Shown in pieces: positions 23,761 to 37,965 of a stretch of DNA of 64,000 nt (positions are counted from its first letter, which is position 1; every line of letters starts with the position of its first letter). The stretch comes from Ruditapes philippinarum (taxonomy: Eukaryota). The notes under the pieces were generated by a model, which ran no database searches, was not told where the DNA came from, and saw only the letters and a list, made by a program, of their open reading frames with translations. The position numbers were made by a program, and so were the translations under genes. The stretch is taken from positions 1-64,000 of the forward strand of contig NW_026864113.1 of NCBI RefSeq assembly GCF_026571515.1. Reading direction: 5' to 3'.

Positions 23761-26700
23761 ATAATTTGAAAAAAACTTAACACTTAATAAACGGCACAGG
23801 ATTGTAATGAGCTCGTTTAAAAAAAAAAAACAACAAGAAAAAACAACCCATACCGGTAATACACTAGTGTAATAACACTTTGAGTTGACGTCATTTGCGT
23901 TATATACAAACAGCGTAAACGCGCGCCGATATTTACGTTACATGTAGCAGGGGCAACAAAACATGACGTTTATTTAACTATAAAACCTTTCCTTTTTTGA
24001 TATTTTACCCTTTATGCTTGTTGCATCTTAGAACACAATGAAACGTGGTTATATGTTATTCGTATATCAGGTGAAATAATTATACTGAATTTGCCTACTG
24101 AGTCAGCAGAAACGAACAAGAGAGACTAATTTCGCAACGTCAACTTACATTTTTTTAACCAAACTTTCGCGTGTTCGCTACTCTAAAGGTCACATGGTAA
24201 TATCAATCTGACTAGGAAATTTTAAATGGAAAACAGAAGTGACTCATTGAATATTGAAATGCATTTTCATTGATATATGTTTTATATGTATTGATCATTT
24301 CACATAATTGGTTTCTAATAGTACATGTTTATGAAATAAATGGCCTCCATTGCAGACTATTTTTACCCAAGGAGCATGCCTTATAGGAATCTTGTAGTAG
24401 CATGATATATACATAGCATTTGTTATGGGTATACAAGGCAATGCTACCTGCCAGTTTTTTATAGTATAAATGTGCTCTTTTATTAAGCCTGGCTGTAAAA
24501 TGTCCCCCTATATAATCAAATATGTTATATTTTTAATTATTAAAGGTCTTTTAGCACGATATGATTGATGAGTATGCGCGTGTTTGGTGTAATAGTATCT
24601 ACTTTGATATTTTTTCCAGTTTAGGTGCTTCCTATATTCCTAAATGAATGTTCTCCCTTACATAATAAATTCCATTTTGTTTAGTTTTGCTCATTGTATT
24701 ATCGTTTTGGGCATACGCGTTCGTTTGCTTGGGGACAATATGTCGCTTTCATGAAATGGCATGAAAGTATGAACACATCTGCAGATGTTTCTAAATTTAA
24801 GATATTTCACCACTTTCATGGTTTCAAAATTGAATGTGGTGCAGGCTTGATTGAGCATGTTCATGGACGGTATTGGAAAATGCAAAGTAACGTCCATACC
24901 CTCTAGCACCGACAGAATTAAACATTTAAACACGAAAATAGTAAACCGAGATTGACACCTTTATACCATATCATTATTCCACTACTATCAAGTAGTCACC
25001 CTTTATCCAGGTATTTCTATTTGAATATTGTATAATAACCCTTAAAATATGTTGCCTGCTTTTTTTAAATTTATCGTTTGATGGCTTGTCTGTTGTATGC
25101 GTAATTCTTAACCTCTGGTCCCTTTTATTTCTCCCGTTTTTTTCTCGTAAAAAGACACACGCATTTGTTTTATTTGGGTACAATACGCCAATTGTTACGG
25201 AATGACACTGACGGTTTCCCGATGACAGCCGTATACAAAATGGGATGTTTCTTTATGTAAATGTTAATCGTTTCATGTTAAATTTGTAAATTTTGTCGAT
25301 GAGTAGGGATATGGATGACCGTTTGGATTTTCCAGTACAGTTCATGAATAGGCTCAATGAAACCGAGCCTACAACTTCATCAATAATGCCGTTTAGGAAT
25401 GCTTTCGGGTTTATTGTTTTTCCTATTTCATAGATTATTAATTTTATATCTAATAATTTAATGAAAGATATTTTTCTGTAGATCTGTCAACATTCATTAC
25501 GCGCTTAGAACTGTGTTGTGTAGGTTTTTAAATTCAATGTATAGAATATATTTTTTACTGGATAATAATAATTAATCTATTTGCTATTTTCTAAGGCTTA
25601 TATAGCACATATGTGTTACAAAAACTGTAGGAAATAAATAACCATTGTTGGTTTGTTTGCCTTCAACAAACTAGATTAGCTTGCCTGTCGTATTATCTGG
25701 TTCATAACCGATTATTTTTCTTAGAGTTGACCGGTTCCTGACATTTTAAGTCACTGACTTTTCTTAAAACGTGTTTATTGTTCTATTTGAATCGGTGTAT
25801 TCTGATACGCTAAACACTTTAGTAAACAGCTTAAAAGCTTTGATTTTTAATTGATAATAACATGGAGAGAGAATCTGATAACATTACAAATGTAAAACCA
25901 TTATGCTATGAAAATGAAGAGTTCAATGGCTTCCGTTTCAATAGTAAAGATAAATGCATTAGCAGGTAGTCAAATGTTAGTCCAGACATAAACGGATATT
26001 TTTTATAGACAGCTGCACCTACATTGCAACACTCCTTTGAGCTGTCCGTGTAAATTTCAATAAAGTTTTTATGTTTTTCTTATAACTTTGTAAAAATATG
26101 TCTTTTGAAAATTCCTAGAGAATTGGATGACTGTTTTAGAATTGAAACAATTGGGATATGCAAGTCCGCAGAGGAACATCTGTTTCAAAATTTAAAGGAA
26201 ATCTTTTTTATGACGTCCTAATGCTATAATTTACTTTAATTTGTTAACAATTTGCCTCTATTTTGTTTGGTTTAAAATTACTTTTCTAGCAGGAAATTCG
26301 ATGATACACTAGCTGCATACTAAAGACCAAGTTTTGTCGACGTAGAAAAAAAGAGGGTTTTTCTGCTTCAACATGAAGACATTCTACCTGCGATGTTCGA
26401 AATGTTACAAGTTCCACACGAATGCCTTGGTTATGTGTGGTATCGAACATTGTAAGTATGATTTTCTAGTCAAGCCGTGAACTATAGAGCCACAAAGTAA
26501 TTTTTATCTGAGGAGACTTCTATATAACTTCAATGCAGTACAATAATTTGATATACGTTACGTTCTAGAGAAAGCAATTAAGAAAGTTGAGGCTTTTTGA
26601 TTTTTAAAAAATAATTATGTGGACGAATGGAGGAGTGTTATTTTTATCAAATATAACTCCGAAGATTTTTACCTACTATTATTTTACCATTATTCTTTGA

Positions 26701-29700
26701 TTTAAAGCATGAAAATAAATCATCAAAGTTTCGGGAATGTAACTGATTACAATGTTATAAAAGTATTTCGTACCTTCTTGTGCTTACCCAGTAAATGAAT
26801 TGAATAAATATTGCTATATTGTTTTCATTAATTTGGAAATGTGATGAATTATTAAATAAAATATTCAGGCACGGTTAACACGATGTCTGTTGTTTTTATG
26901 CTTTATATTTGTTCTTTAAGTAAACACTAACTTCATCTAAAAGTCAATATTTTAATTACGGTAGCACATTATTTATTTTATGATTTATATTGATTTAGGT
27001 CACCTTTGTTATAAATAAAGCACATTTATATTTTAGTTTACCAGTAATCATAATAAATCTGCGCAATTCTTGTTTTCACAAGTAAATGATATATTTAATT
27101 TTCCTCTAATTTATACGTTCATATATCACAGATCGTTGTAATTATGGTGTAGATTGTGCCAACTGTTATAAATTTGATACGTTTGTTTGTATAATTATGA
27201 TCTATATTCTTTATTTGGGAGTGGCATTACTACAGATCAGTTTAAGTGCAGACCACTATGACGTCTGTTGGTTCTAAATTCAGATTTTATGGATCTTTTA
27301 ACATTCACATTTTACTTATTTAAAATATGAAATATAAGCCTGGTGATTTTTTGTATTAAATGTGTTTTCATATGATCTCAATTGTTTTATTGAAGTATTT
27401 TAATATTTATATTTATCAAACATAAACAACTAGTTAATGATATTCTTGTTTATGTTCCCGGGCTAAAATAATAATAATAAAAAACATGTTGAAACAAATT
27501 ATAGCCTGTTTTATAATATACTTAGGTAAATCCAATAGTCCTAACTCAATTATGGTAAGATAGTGTTCAGCGCTCCTAGATCCTCGTCCTCATGCTAATT
27601 TTGTCAGACATCTTATATACAATACGTACTCCGGTAGTCTATGTACATCCTTCCTTAATTATCCAAATTAAATCAAGGGATAGGGATGTAGATCCATCCA
27701 ATTTCCATTTACAATATCTTTAAAGTCTACTGCAGCATCATCCTGGCGCGATCAGAAACCTTCATCTTCGGATGAGAGTGGTTTTAAATAAAGCACAGTC
27801 CTTGTGGACCATTATACTTCAAAGTAATGCAGTTGGAATAAATTGAATACGATACATTACTTCCCTTTTATTGATTCGTATCTTGTCTACTGGAAAAGTT
27901 CATATCAGATAATTTTATTGTGATATTTCCGACTTAAAAATAAAACAATAACTACAATGTTTTGACCGTTTGAACGTATACGATTGATCGTAGTTTGAAC
28001 ATTCTGTGTTTCAAAATCATGAGTTTACATGTATATCTTTCTCGAGTACCGGTATATAGTTTACACATGACTTTTCTATGGAATTATATAGTCATATTAT
28101 TTCAAAACGATTATTTGTAACGGAAATAATAAAATGTCAATTATGTTTCTACTACAAAGGACAACTTAAAATACTTGAAGTAAATGTCATGGATGAAAAT
28201 GATGATTAAACGTTGAATTAAGTATTTTACAAAAAACTATGATGGCATTTAATCGCGCTACATACGTTACTGTCCATTTTGACAAAATAGAGAAAATAAG
28301 AATCCCTAAAGAAAGCCCAAACACGTCAAAATTGAAAATGTTGCAGACTCGGTTTGATTAAGCCTGATCAATAATTAATTACCAGAATATTCCTTGTTCA
28401 ACATACATGAAAGATTAATTTTTGAGCATTTTTGTACAGGACTGTTTAATGGTTATCGATGTGTAGCTTCATAAAAATCTACCAAGTTGTTGATTGAGGA
28501 ACAGATAGCGTAGAAATGATTCACCATGTTAAGCTCTGGTTACCGAACCTGAACAATATAAATATAACAATATAAATACATATACAATGAACTACTATAG
28601 AGACGATGACGTTTCAATCTTATTCGTTTTTCAAGCCTGGTGGCCTTATTGTTAAACGTTAAAGAACATATTCAACTATTTTTGTAGAAAATGGATATAA
28701 TTATCATTGCTATACTGTTTAATAAAAATATATTAGGAGGATTGTTCCTTGAAAAGCTTTGATATTCATGTTTGTTCAGCGGACCTGAACTATTTGATCA
28801 TTTTTGCGTAAATGAACACTTTATTTTGTAATTTTAAGCGAGAATTGTAGACCGGAACTATTTAAGAAATTTAAGTTTAGGACTTTCTAGAAAACATTGT
28901 TGTACAGTTTTATCAAAATCTACCAAGTGGTTGTTGAGAAAATGTCGGTAAAAGTGCTTCTTTCCATTTATAACTCTGGTGACCATCTTGTTCAGTGGAC
29001 CAGAACGTTTTGTTCATGTTTTGTAAATAGCCCCATAGGTGTAATTTCTATTTAGTTTTATCATTTTGGGCCATTCAACTGGGAAGGACATGTCATTTAT
29101 AGCCCTGGCGGCTATTGTGTTCAACACATCGCAACTATTTGAAGGATTTTATATAAAGGGCCGACCAAGGATTCTTTCTTAAATCAGATTAATTATTTTC
29201 ATGGCAGACAAAAAACTGATATATACCAGTATATATTCAAGATTATCAACAACAGAAGATTACAGATAAACTATAATGTTCGTAAACAATATTGCCAAGC
29301 AAAGTAACAAAATTTGGATAACTGCTGCAAAAAGATTGTTCATTGGGTTGGGCAGTGGTAGAGCCATTCAAGGTCAGATAATTAATTTCCTTGCAGCCTC
29401 AGACGAATATATTTATTTTTATATTTTTGAGGATTTATTATTTTCAAAATCTGCCAACCCGTGTCCCATTCCGATCAAAGTATCGTCCCCTGATTTGCTT
29501 AATCACTATTGGCCAAGTGGTTAAGATGGAGATGCTGTTAAAGTAAATATGCTCACAATGGACTCAGTTAAATACATTAAATTTCATTAGTTTTCATTTC
29601 CTCTTAACAGTGTCACACAAAAATAAGAGTCTTTTTCGCATGAACCGTAACTGATACATGTATATTGACAACATCCTGCTTTCAACTTGTGACAGTAATT

Positions 29701-31908
29701 GATAAAATTTGGGAAAAAAAATACAACGACACAATAATAACAAGAATGCCCGCATAAAAAATCGTAATGATCGTGTTTCGGTTATGAATGTGTTAAGTAA
29801 ATACTTAAAATACACACGAGGTAAGCCAATAGATTGAGAGAGCATCTGACGTCAGAAATCATAAATATCCTTTAAATATAATTATGTAATTGTGCACTAT
29901 AATAGTTATGTGATTGAAGACGGTTATAATATACAATTCAAAATTATTAAACATGTGCGTATAGGTATAACAATTTGATTGGTCATGTAAGATATAACAT
30001 TTCAGACATCTTATTATATAGTTCACTTTTCTTCTTGTTAGGATATCAAAATTTTGTGTTGAAATTATGAAGGATTTTAAACCAAAACGCGCTCTGCTCT
30101 TATTTACATTACGTATATGTGTAGATAAGGTTAAATTTAGCTAAGTTATCTTTTTAGAATGTTTTTGGTAGTTATTTCCCTTAAAGGCCAAACCAAATCT
30201 TTTGTGGTGTTATGTGTTCATGTTTGGTCTCTTGTCCCTTTGTTATAGGTGATTGAACTGTTTTTGCAAGTTGAGTGATGGATGATTGATTTTGGTATGC
30301 AAGTTATTTTTTAGATGATTTGGTTCTGAAATCTAATATCTCTTAATAACTGACCACTCCTTGTCTCGCTTTCGAAGTGTAAAGAACTATAAAACTAGTA
30401 AATTTTCAGTAATTTCTCTATACAAATATTTGCTTTTTAGTTATATTAATTATTAAATTAGAATCTCTTCTGTCAAGCCTGGTATGTATATTTGTATATA
30501 TTTATTTATTTGTTTAAGTGTTTGTATTGTAATTTGAATTGTTGTGTAATATTTTGTATTATGCATTTTGTGAAATGTATTTGTCTTGTAAAATATTTTT
30601 TGTAATGTGATGTCTTATTGTTGTTTTATTTTATTAAAGGTTTTATTCTTGATAGAATAAATCTATAAACATCACCAAGTGTTTATCTTATAAACCCCAC
30701 CACTACATAAATTAAATACAAACAACACTTATAAAATAGACGAAAGCATGCTGCTATGGCAGGGGATTGAAAAATAATTGTAACAATGAAGGAAACGGAA
30801 CACTTTAATATTTTCGCAACCATCATAGGATCTGGTTGTACAGTTTTATATAATGTGATTATATAGCCTTAAATATAACTATCGAACTTGGGTAAAATAG
30901 ATACTAAAATAATTTCAAAGATAATTATGTGTTTGCATTATATAAACACACATGTTTAAAATGAAATAAATAGATGTGTGGGCACGTTATCAACATGTTA
31001 GGATAATCTCGTGTCATTTATTTGAACTAATTTCAGACGAATTAGCTAAAAGATGGCTACGTTTTAAACATTTCATAAAACCTGTTGACTGTTTGACTCC
31101 CATTCCAATATGAAATGAAATTAAATAGCAAACCCTAAGTAAGAAGGCTTTTAGCAAAGTTATTTGAACATTGTTTACGTTTATTTTACTGTTTCTGTAA
31201 GTGATGAATCGCCATATTCGCGCATTTCATATGATGTTCGCATACACCTTACCTAATTCTGTGAAGGCATGTCAGTACAAAAAGAATAATTGCTTCACTG
31301 CATGAAAGAAAACTGCTGAAATTTGTTCTTCGGTATTTTGCATTATGAAAAGTCATACATATTGCATGAGCATTGTTTCATTTATATTTTATTTGTGAAA
31401 AATACGCAGATGTAATTGATGTCTTCATCAACATAACAATAACCTATTATTATAAAAATATTATTCTAAAATCTGCGAAGAATAGTGGTATTTAATTCAC
31501 ACCATGATTGTGTAATAAATTACATAGAATCGCTATAAAAGAGTTCCATTTAATGGAACATTTTTACCTTAAGTGATTCTCTCTGCGCGACTCGTTATTT
31601 TTGTTGTATTATTGGTACTTGTGTATGTTTTTTTTTTTAGTTTTTTAACACTTACTACTAAGCTTATTGAAACGATAAATGCTGATATTCTTAGCACGTG
31701 CTTTTCATTCACAACAACAATTAAATATAAAAAGTCGACATAATCATTTTATCACTGTCAAGTATGCAATTTCTATACCAACGCCAGGTGTTACATTTCA
31801 TAGTTTTATTTAACTATTCTATTAATGATTACATCAAACAGAATTGGAAAATAAAAAAAGCAAAATATTTTCCTTAAATCATACACCGACTGTCAAAATA
31901 CAGCAATT

Positions 31909-32096
31909 NNNNNNNNNNNNNNNNNNNNNNNNNNNNNNNNNNNNNNNNNNNNNNNNNNNNNNNNNNNNNNNNNNNNNNNNNNNNNNNNNNNNNNNNNNNN
32001 NNNNNNNNNNNNNNNNNNNNNNNNNNNNNNNNNNNNNNNNNNNNNNNNNNNNNNNNNNNNNNNNNNNNNNNNNNNNNNNNNNNNNNNNNNNNNNNN
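31909..32096. other. Assembly gap (188 N)
   Basis: Run of N with the same flanks as the AT palindrome at 23,576-23,747. Confidence 0.97.
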
Positions 32097-32935
32097 ATAT
32101 AATTATAATATAATTTGAAAGAACTTAACACTTAATCAACGGCACAGGAGTGTAATGAGCTCGTTTAAAAAAAATAAAAACAACAAGAAAACACAACCCA
32201 TACCGGTAATACACTTGTGTAATAACACTTTGAGTTGACGTCATTTGCGTTATATACAAACAGCGTAAACGCGCGCCGATATTTACGTTACATGTAGCAG
32301 GGGCAACAAAACATGACGTTTATTTAACTATAAAACCTTTCCTTTTTTGATATTTTACCCTTTATGCTTGTTGCATCTTAGAACACAATGAAACGTGGTT
32401 ATATGTAATTCGTATATCAGGTGAAATAATTATACTGAATTTGCCTACTGAGTCAGCAGAAACAAACAAGAGAGACTAATTTCGCAACGTCAACTTACAT
32501 TTTTTTAACCAAACTTTCGCGTGTTCGCTACTCTAAAGGTCACATGGTAATATCACTCTGACTAGGAAATTTTAAATGGAAAACAGAAGTGACTCATTGA
32601 ATATTGAAATGTATTTTCATTGATATATGTTTTATATGTATTGATCATTTCACATAATTGGTTTCCAATAGTACATGTTTATGAAATAAATGGCCTCCAT
32701 TGCAGGCTATTTTTACCCAAGGAACATGCCTTATAGGAATCTTGTAGGAGCATGATATATACATAGCATTTGTTATGGGTATACAAGGCAATGCTACCCG
32801 CCAGTGTTTTATAGTATAAATGTGCTCTTTTATTAAGCCTGGCTGTAAAATGTCCCCCTATATATTCAAATATGTAATATTTTTAATTATTAAAGGTCGT
32901 TTTGCACGATATGATTGATGAGTATGCGCGTGTTT

Positions 32936-33010
32936 GAGTAAGCGTGTGTCCGGGGGCGGCGTCCTGTGAACGTTGCCTTTGCCTTGTTGATTTTTTTGTT
33001 GTTATTTTGT
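32936..33010 (+). mobile_element. Short Naiad-type pseudo-LTR 3' end (similar pieces at ~45,470-45,530 + and ~43,355-43,495 -)
   Basis: CCGGGGGCGGCGTCCTGTGAACGTTGCCTTTGCCTTGTTGAT matches the reverse complement of ~17,287-17,328. Absent from the paralog at ~24,586. Confidence 0.7.
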
Positions 33011-36000
33011 GGTGTAATAGTATCTACTTTGATATTTTTCCAGTTTAGGTGCTTCCTTTATTCCTAAATGAATGTTCTCCCTTACATAATAAATTCCATT
33101 TTGTTTAGTTTTGCTCATTGTATTATCGTTTTGGGCATACGCGTTCGTTTGCTTGGGGACAATATGTCGCTTTCATGAAATGGCACGAAAGTATGAACAC
33201 ATCTGCAGATGTTTCTAAATTTAAGATATTTCACCACTTTCATGGTTTCAAAATTGAATGTGGTGCAGGCTTGATTGAGCATGTTCATGGACGGTATTGG
33301 AAAATGCAAAGTAACGTCCATACCCTCTAGCACCGACTGAATTAAACATTTAAACACGAAAATAGTAAACCGAGACTGAAACCTTTATACCATATCATTA
33401 TTCCACTACTATCAAGTAGTCACCCTTTATCCAGGTATTTCTATTTGAATATTGTATAATAGCCCTTACAATATGTTGCCTGCTTTTTTAAATTTATCGT
33501 TTGATGGCTTGTCTGTTGTATGCGTAATTCTTAACCTCTGGTCCCTTTTATTTCTCTCGTTTTTTTCTCGTAAAAAGACCCACGCATTTGTTTTATTTGG
33601 GGACAATACGCCAATTGTTACGGAATGACACTGACGGTTTCCTGATGACAGCCGTATACAAAATTGGATGTTTCTTTATTTAAATGTTAATCGTTTCATG
33701 TTAAATTTGTAAATTTTGTCGATGAGTAGGGATATGGATGACCGTTTGGATTTTCCAGTACAGTTCATGAATAGGCTCAATGAAACCGAGCCTTCAACTT
33801 CATCAACTATGCCGTTTAAGAATGCTTTCGGGTTTATTGTTTTTCCTAGTTCATAGATTATTAATTTTATATCTAATAATTTAATAAAACATATTTTTCT
33901 GTAGATCTGTCAACATTCATTACGCGCTTAGAACTGTGTTGTGTAGGTTTTTAAATTCAATGTATAGAATATATTTTTTACTGGATAATATTAATTAATC
34001 TATTTGCTATTTTCTAAGGCTTATATAGCACATATGTGTTACAAAAACTGTAGGAAATAAATAACCATTGTTGGTTTGTTTGCCTTCAACAAACTAGATT
34101 AGCTTGCCTGTCGTATTATCCGGTTCATAACCGATTATTTTTCTTAGAGTTGACCGGTTCCATTTAAGTCACTGATTTTTATTGTTTATTGTTCTATTTG
34201 AATCGGTGTATTCTGATACGCTAAACACTTTAGTAAACAGCTTAAAAGCTTTGATTTTTAATTGATAATTACATGGAGAGAGAATCTGATAACATTACAA
34301 CTCGTATAACCATTATGCTATGAAAATGAAGAGTTCAATGGCTTCCGTTTCAATAGTAAAGATAATTACATTAGCAGGTAGTCAAATGTAAGTCCAGACA
34401 TAAACGGATATTTTTTTATAGACAGCTGCACCTACTTTGCAACACTCCTTTGAGCTGTCCGTGTAAATGTTAATAAAGTTTTTATGTTTTTCTTATAACT
34501 TTGTAAAAATATGTCTTTTGAAAATTCCAAGAGAATTGGATGACTGTTTTAGAATTGTAAAAAAATTGGGATATGCAAGTCCGCAGAGGAACATCTTCTT
34601 CAAAATTTAAAGGAAATCTGTTTTGGCTTTTTTTATGACGTCCTTATGCTATAATTTCCTTTAATTTGTTAACAATTTGCCTCTATTTTGTTTGGTTTAA
34701 AATTACTTTTCTAGCAGGAAATTCGATGATACACAAGCTGCATACTAAAGACCAGGTTTTGTCGACGTAGATAAAAAGAGGGTTTTTCTGCTTTAACATG
34801 AAGAGATTCTACCTGCGATGTTCGAAATGTTCCAAGTTCCACACGAATGCCTTGGTTATGTATAGTATCGAACATTGTAAGTATGATTTTCTAGTCAAGC
34901 CGTGAACTATAGAGCCACAAAGTAATTTGAAGTATCTGAGGAGACTTCTATATAACTTCAATGTAGTACTATAATTTGATATACGTTACGTTCTAGAAAA
35001 AGCAATTAAGAAAGTTGAGGCTTTTTGATTTTTAAAAAATAATTATGTGGACGAATGGAGGAGTGTTATTTTTATCAAATATAACTCCGAAGATTTTTAC
35101 CTACTATTCTTTTACCATTATTCTTTGATTTAAAGCATGAAAATAAATCATCAAAGTTTCAGGAATGTAACTGATTACAATGTAATAAAAGTATTTCGTA
35201 CCTTCTTGTGCTTACCTAGTTAATGAATTGAATAAATATTGCTATATTGTTTTCATTTATTTGGAAATGTGATGAATTATTAAATAAAATATTCAGGCAC
35301 GGTTAACACGATGTCTGTTGATTTTATGCTTTATATTTGTTCTTTAAGTAAACACTAACTTCATCTAAAAGTCAATATTTTAATTACGGTAGCACATTAT
35401 TTATTTTATGATTTATATGGATTTAAGTCACCTTTGTTATAAATAAAGCACATTAATATTTTAGTAACCAGTAATCATAATAAATCTGCGCAATTCTTGT
35501 TTTCACAAGTAAATGATATATTTAATTTTCCTCTAATTTATACGTTCATATATCACAGATCGTTGTAATTATGGTGTAGATTCTGCCAACTGTTATAAAT
35601 TCGATACGTTTGTTTGTATAATTATGATCTATATTCTTTATTTGGGAGTGGCATTACTACAGATCAGTTTAAGTGCAGACCACTATGACGTCTGTTGGTT
35701 CTAAATTCAGATTTTATGGATCTTTTAACATTCACATTTTACTTATTTAAAATATGAAATATAAGCCTGGTGATTTTTTGTATTAAATGTGTTTTCATAT
35801 GATCTCAATTGTTTTATTGAAGTGTTTTAATATTTATTTTTATCAAACATAAACGACTTGTAAATGATATTCTTGTTTATGTTCCCGGGCTAAAATAATA
35901 ATAATAAAAAACATGTTGAAACAAATTATAGCCTGTTATATAATATACTTAGGTAAATCCAATAGTCCTAACTCAATTATGGTAAGATAGTGTTCAGCGC

Positions 36001-37409
36001 TCCTTGATCCTCGTCCTCATGCTAATTTTGACAGACATCTTATATACAATACGTAGTCCGGTAGTCTATGTATATCCTTCCTTTATTATCCAAATTAAAC
36101 CAAGGGATAGGGATGTAGACCAATCCAATTTCCATTTACAATATCTTTAAAGTCTACTACAGCATCATCCTGGCGCGATCAGATACCTTCATCTTCGGAT
36201 GAGAGTGGTTTTAAATAAAGCACAGTCCTTGTGGACCATTATACTTCAAAGTAATGCAGTTGGAATAAATTGAATACGATACATTACTTCCCTTTTATTG
36301 ATTCGTATCTTGTCTACTGGGAAAGTTCATATCAGATAATTTTAGTTTGATATTTCCGACTTTAAAATAAAACAATAACTAAAATGTTTCGACGGTTTGA
36401 ACGTATACGATTGATTGTAGTTTGAACATTCTGTGTTTCAAAATCATGAGTTTACATGTATATCATTCTCGAGTACCGGTATATAGTTTACACATGACTT
36501 TTCTATGGAATTATATAGTCATATTATTTCAAAACGATTATTTGTAACGGAAATAATAAAATGTCAATTATGTTTCTACTACAAATGACAACTTAAAATA
36601 CGTGAAGTAAATGTCATGGATGAAAATGATGATTAAACGTTGAATTAAGTATTTTACAAAAAACTATGATGGCATTTAATCGCGCTACATACGTTACTGT
36701 CCATTTTGACAAAATAGAGAAAATAAGAATCCCTAAAGAAAGCCCAACACGTCAAAATTGAAAATGTTGCAGACTCGGTTTGATTAAGCCTGATCAATAA
36801 TTAATTACCAGAATATTCCTTGTTCAACATACCTGAAAGATTAATTTTGAGCATTTTTGTACAGGACTGTTTAATGGTTATCGATGTGTAGCTTCATAAA
36901 AATCTACCAAGTTGTTGATTGAGGAACAGATAGCGTAGAAATGATTCACCATGTTAAGCTCTGGCAGCAATTGTGGTTACCGAACCTGAACAATATAAAT
37001 ATAACAATATAAATACATATATAATGAACTACTATAGAGACGATGACGTTTCAATCTTATTCGTTTTTCAAGGCCTGGTGGCCTTATTGTTAAACGTTAA
37101 AGAACATATTCAACTATTTTTGTAGAAAATGATATAATTATCATTGCTATACAGTTTAATAAAAATATATTAGGAGGATTGTTCCTTTAAAAGCTCTGAT
37201 ATTCATGTTTGTTCAGCGGATCATTTTCTTAAATGAACACTTTATTATATAATTTTAAGCGAGAATTGTAGACCGGAACTATTTAAGCAATTTAAGTTTA
37301 GGACTTTCTATTTAACATTGTTGTACAGTTTTATCAAAATCTACCAAGTGGTTGTTGAGTAAATGTGGGTAAAAGTGTTTCCTTCTATTTATAACTCTGT
37401 CGGCAATTT

Positions 37410-37965
37410 AATTCATGTTTTCCTTGAAGATCGTTCAGCACGACATTATTGTTGTGCTTTTGGTATTTTTAGTTTCAACTTTTCGGCATTTTCTATATGG
37501 GTGGTTCCAATATTCCTACTTGAATAATGTTGAATCACCCTTAGGATATGTTGCCTGCTTTTTAAATTTGTCTTTTGACGTCTTATCTGTGATACGCAGG
37601 CTTCATAACCTCTGATCCCCTTTCAAAATTCCATTTTATTTAGTTCCGCCCATTGTTTTCTCGTTTAGGGCACACGCTTTTTATTACTTGGGGATCATAC
37701 GCCGCTTTTCATGGAATGGCACGGAAGTGTCACATTGAAGGTTCCATGATAACCGCCGTATGAACACATCTGCGGATGTTTCTAAATTCAAAATTTTACT
37801 ATTTCACGTTTAAATGTTGAATTCTGCTTAAGCCGGTGCTAGGGGGCGTGGACGGTAATTTGCACTTTCCAGTACCGTCCATGAACAGGCTCAATCAAAC
37901 CGAGCCTGCAACATTTTCAATTTTGCCGTGTTGGGCTTTCTTTAGGGATTCTGTATTTATCTATT
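37410..37965 (+). mobile_element. Family A: unclassified ~620-bp non-autonomous interspersed repeat, near-complete copy
   Basis: Homologous to 42,110-42,758 and 51,670-52,093, and to many 3'-end fragments on both strands. Absent from the paralogous sites at ~20,650 and ~28,980. Confidence 0.8.

Noticed and set aside
14146-32131. ORFs containing X runs (14146, 14178, 31844, 31874)
   Set aside because: Artefacts of the N gaps.
20949-33357. Duplicated short ORF pairs (20949/29276, 21267/29594, 24691/33115, 24694/33118)
   Set aside because: Conserved only because the duplication is recent. No domains; some are built from family A fragments, and older paralogs are not open.
33640-33660. CTGATGA as a hammerhead ribozyme core in family A
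   Set aside because: Not conserved in other copies (CATGATAA, CCGATGA), and no matching GAAA/stem II.
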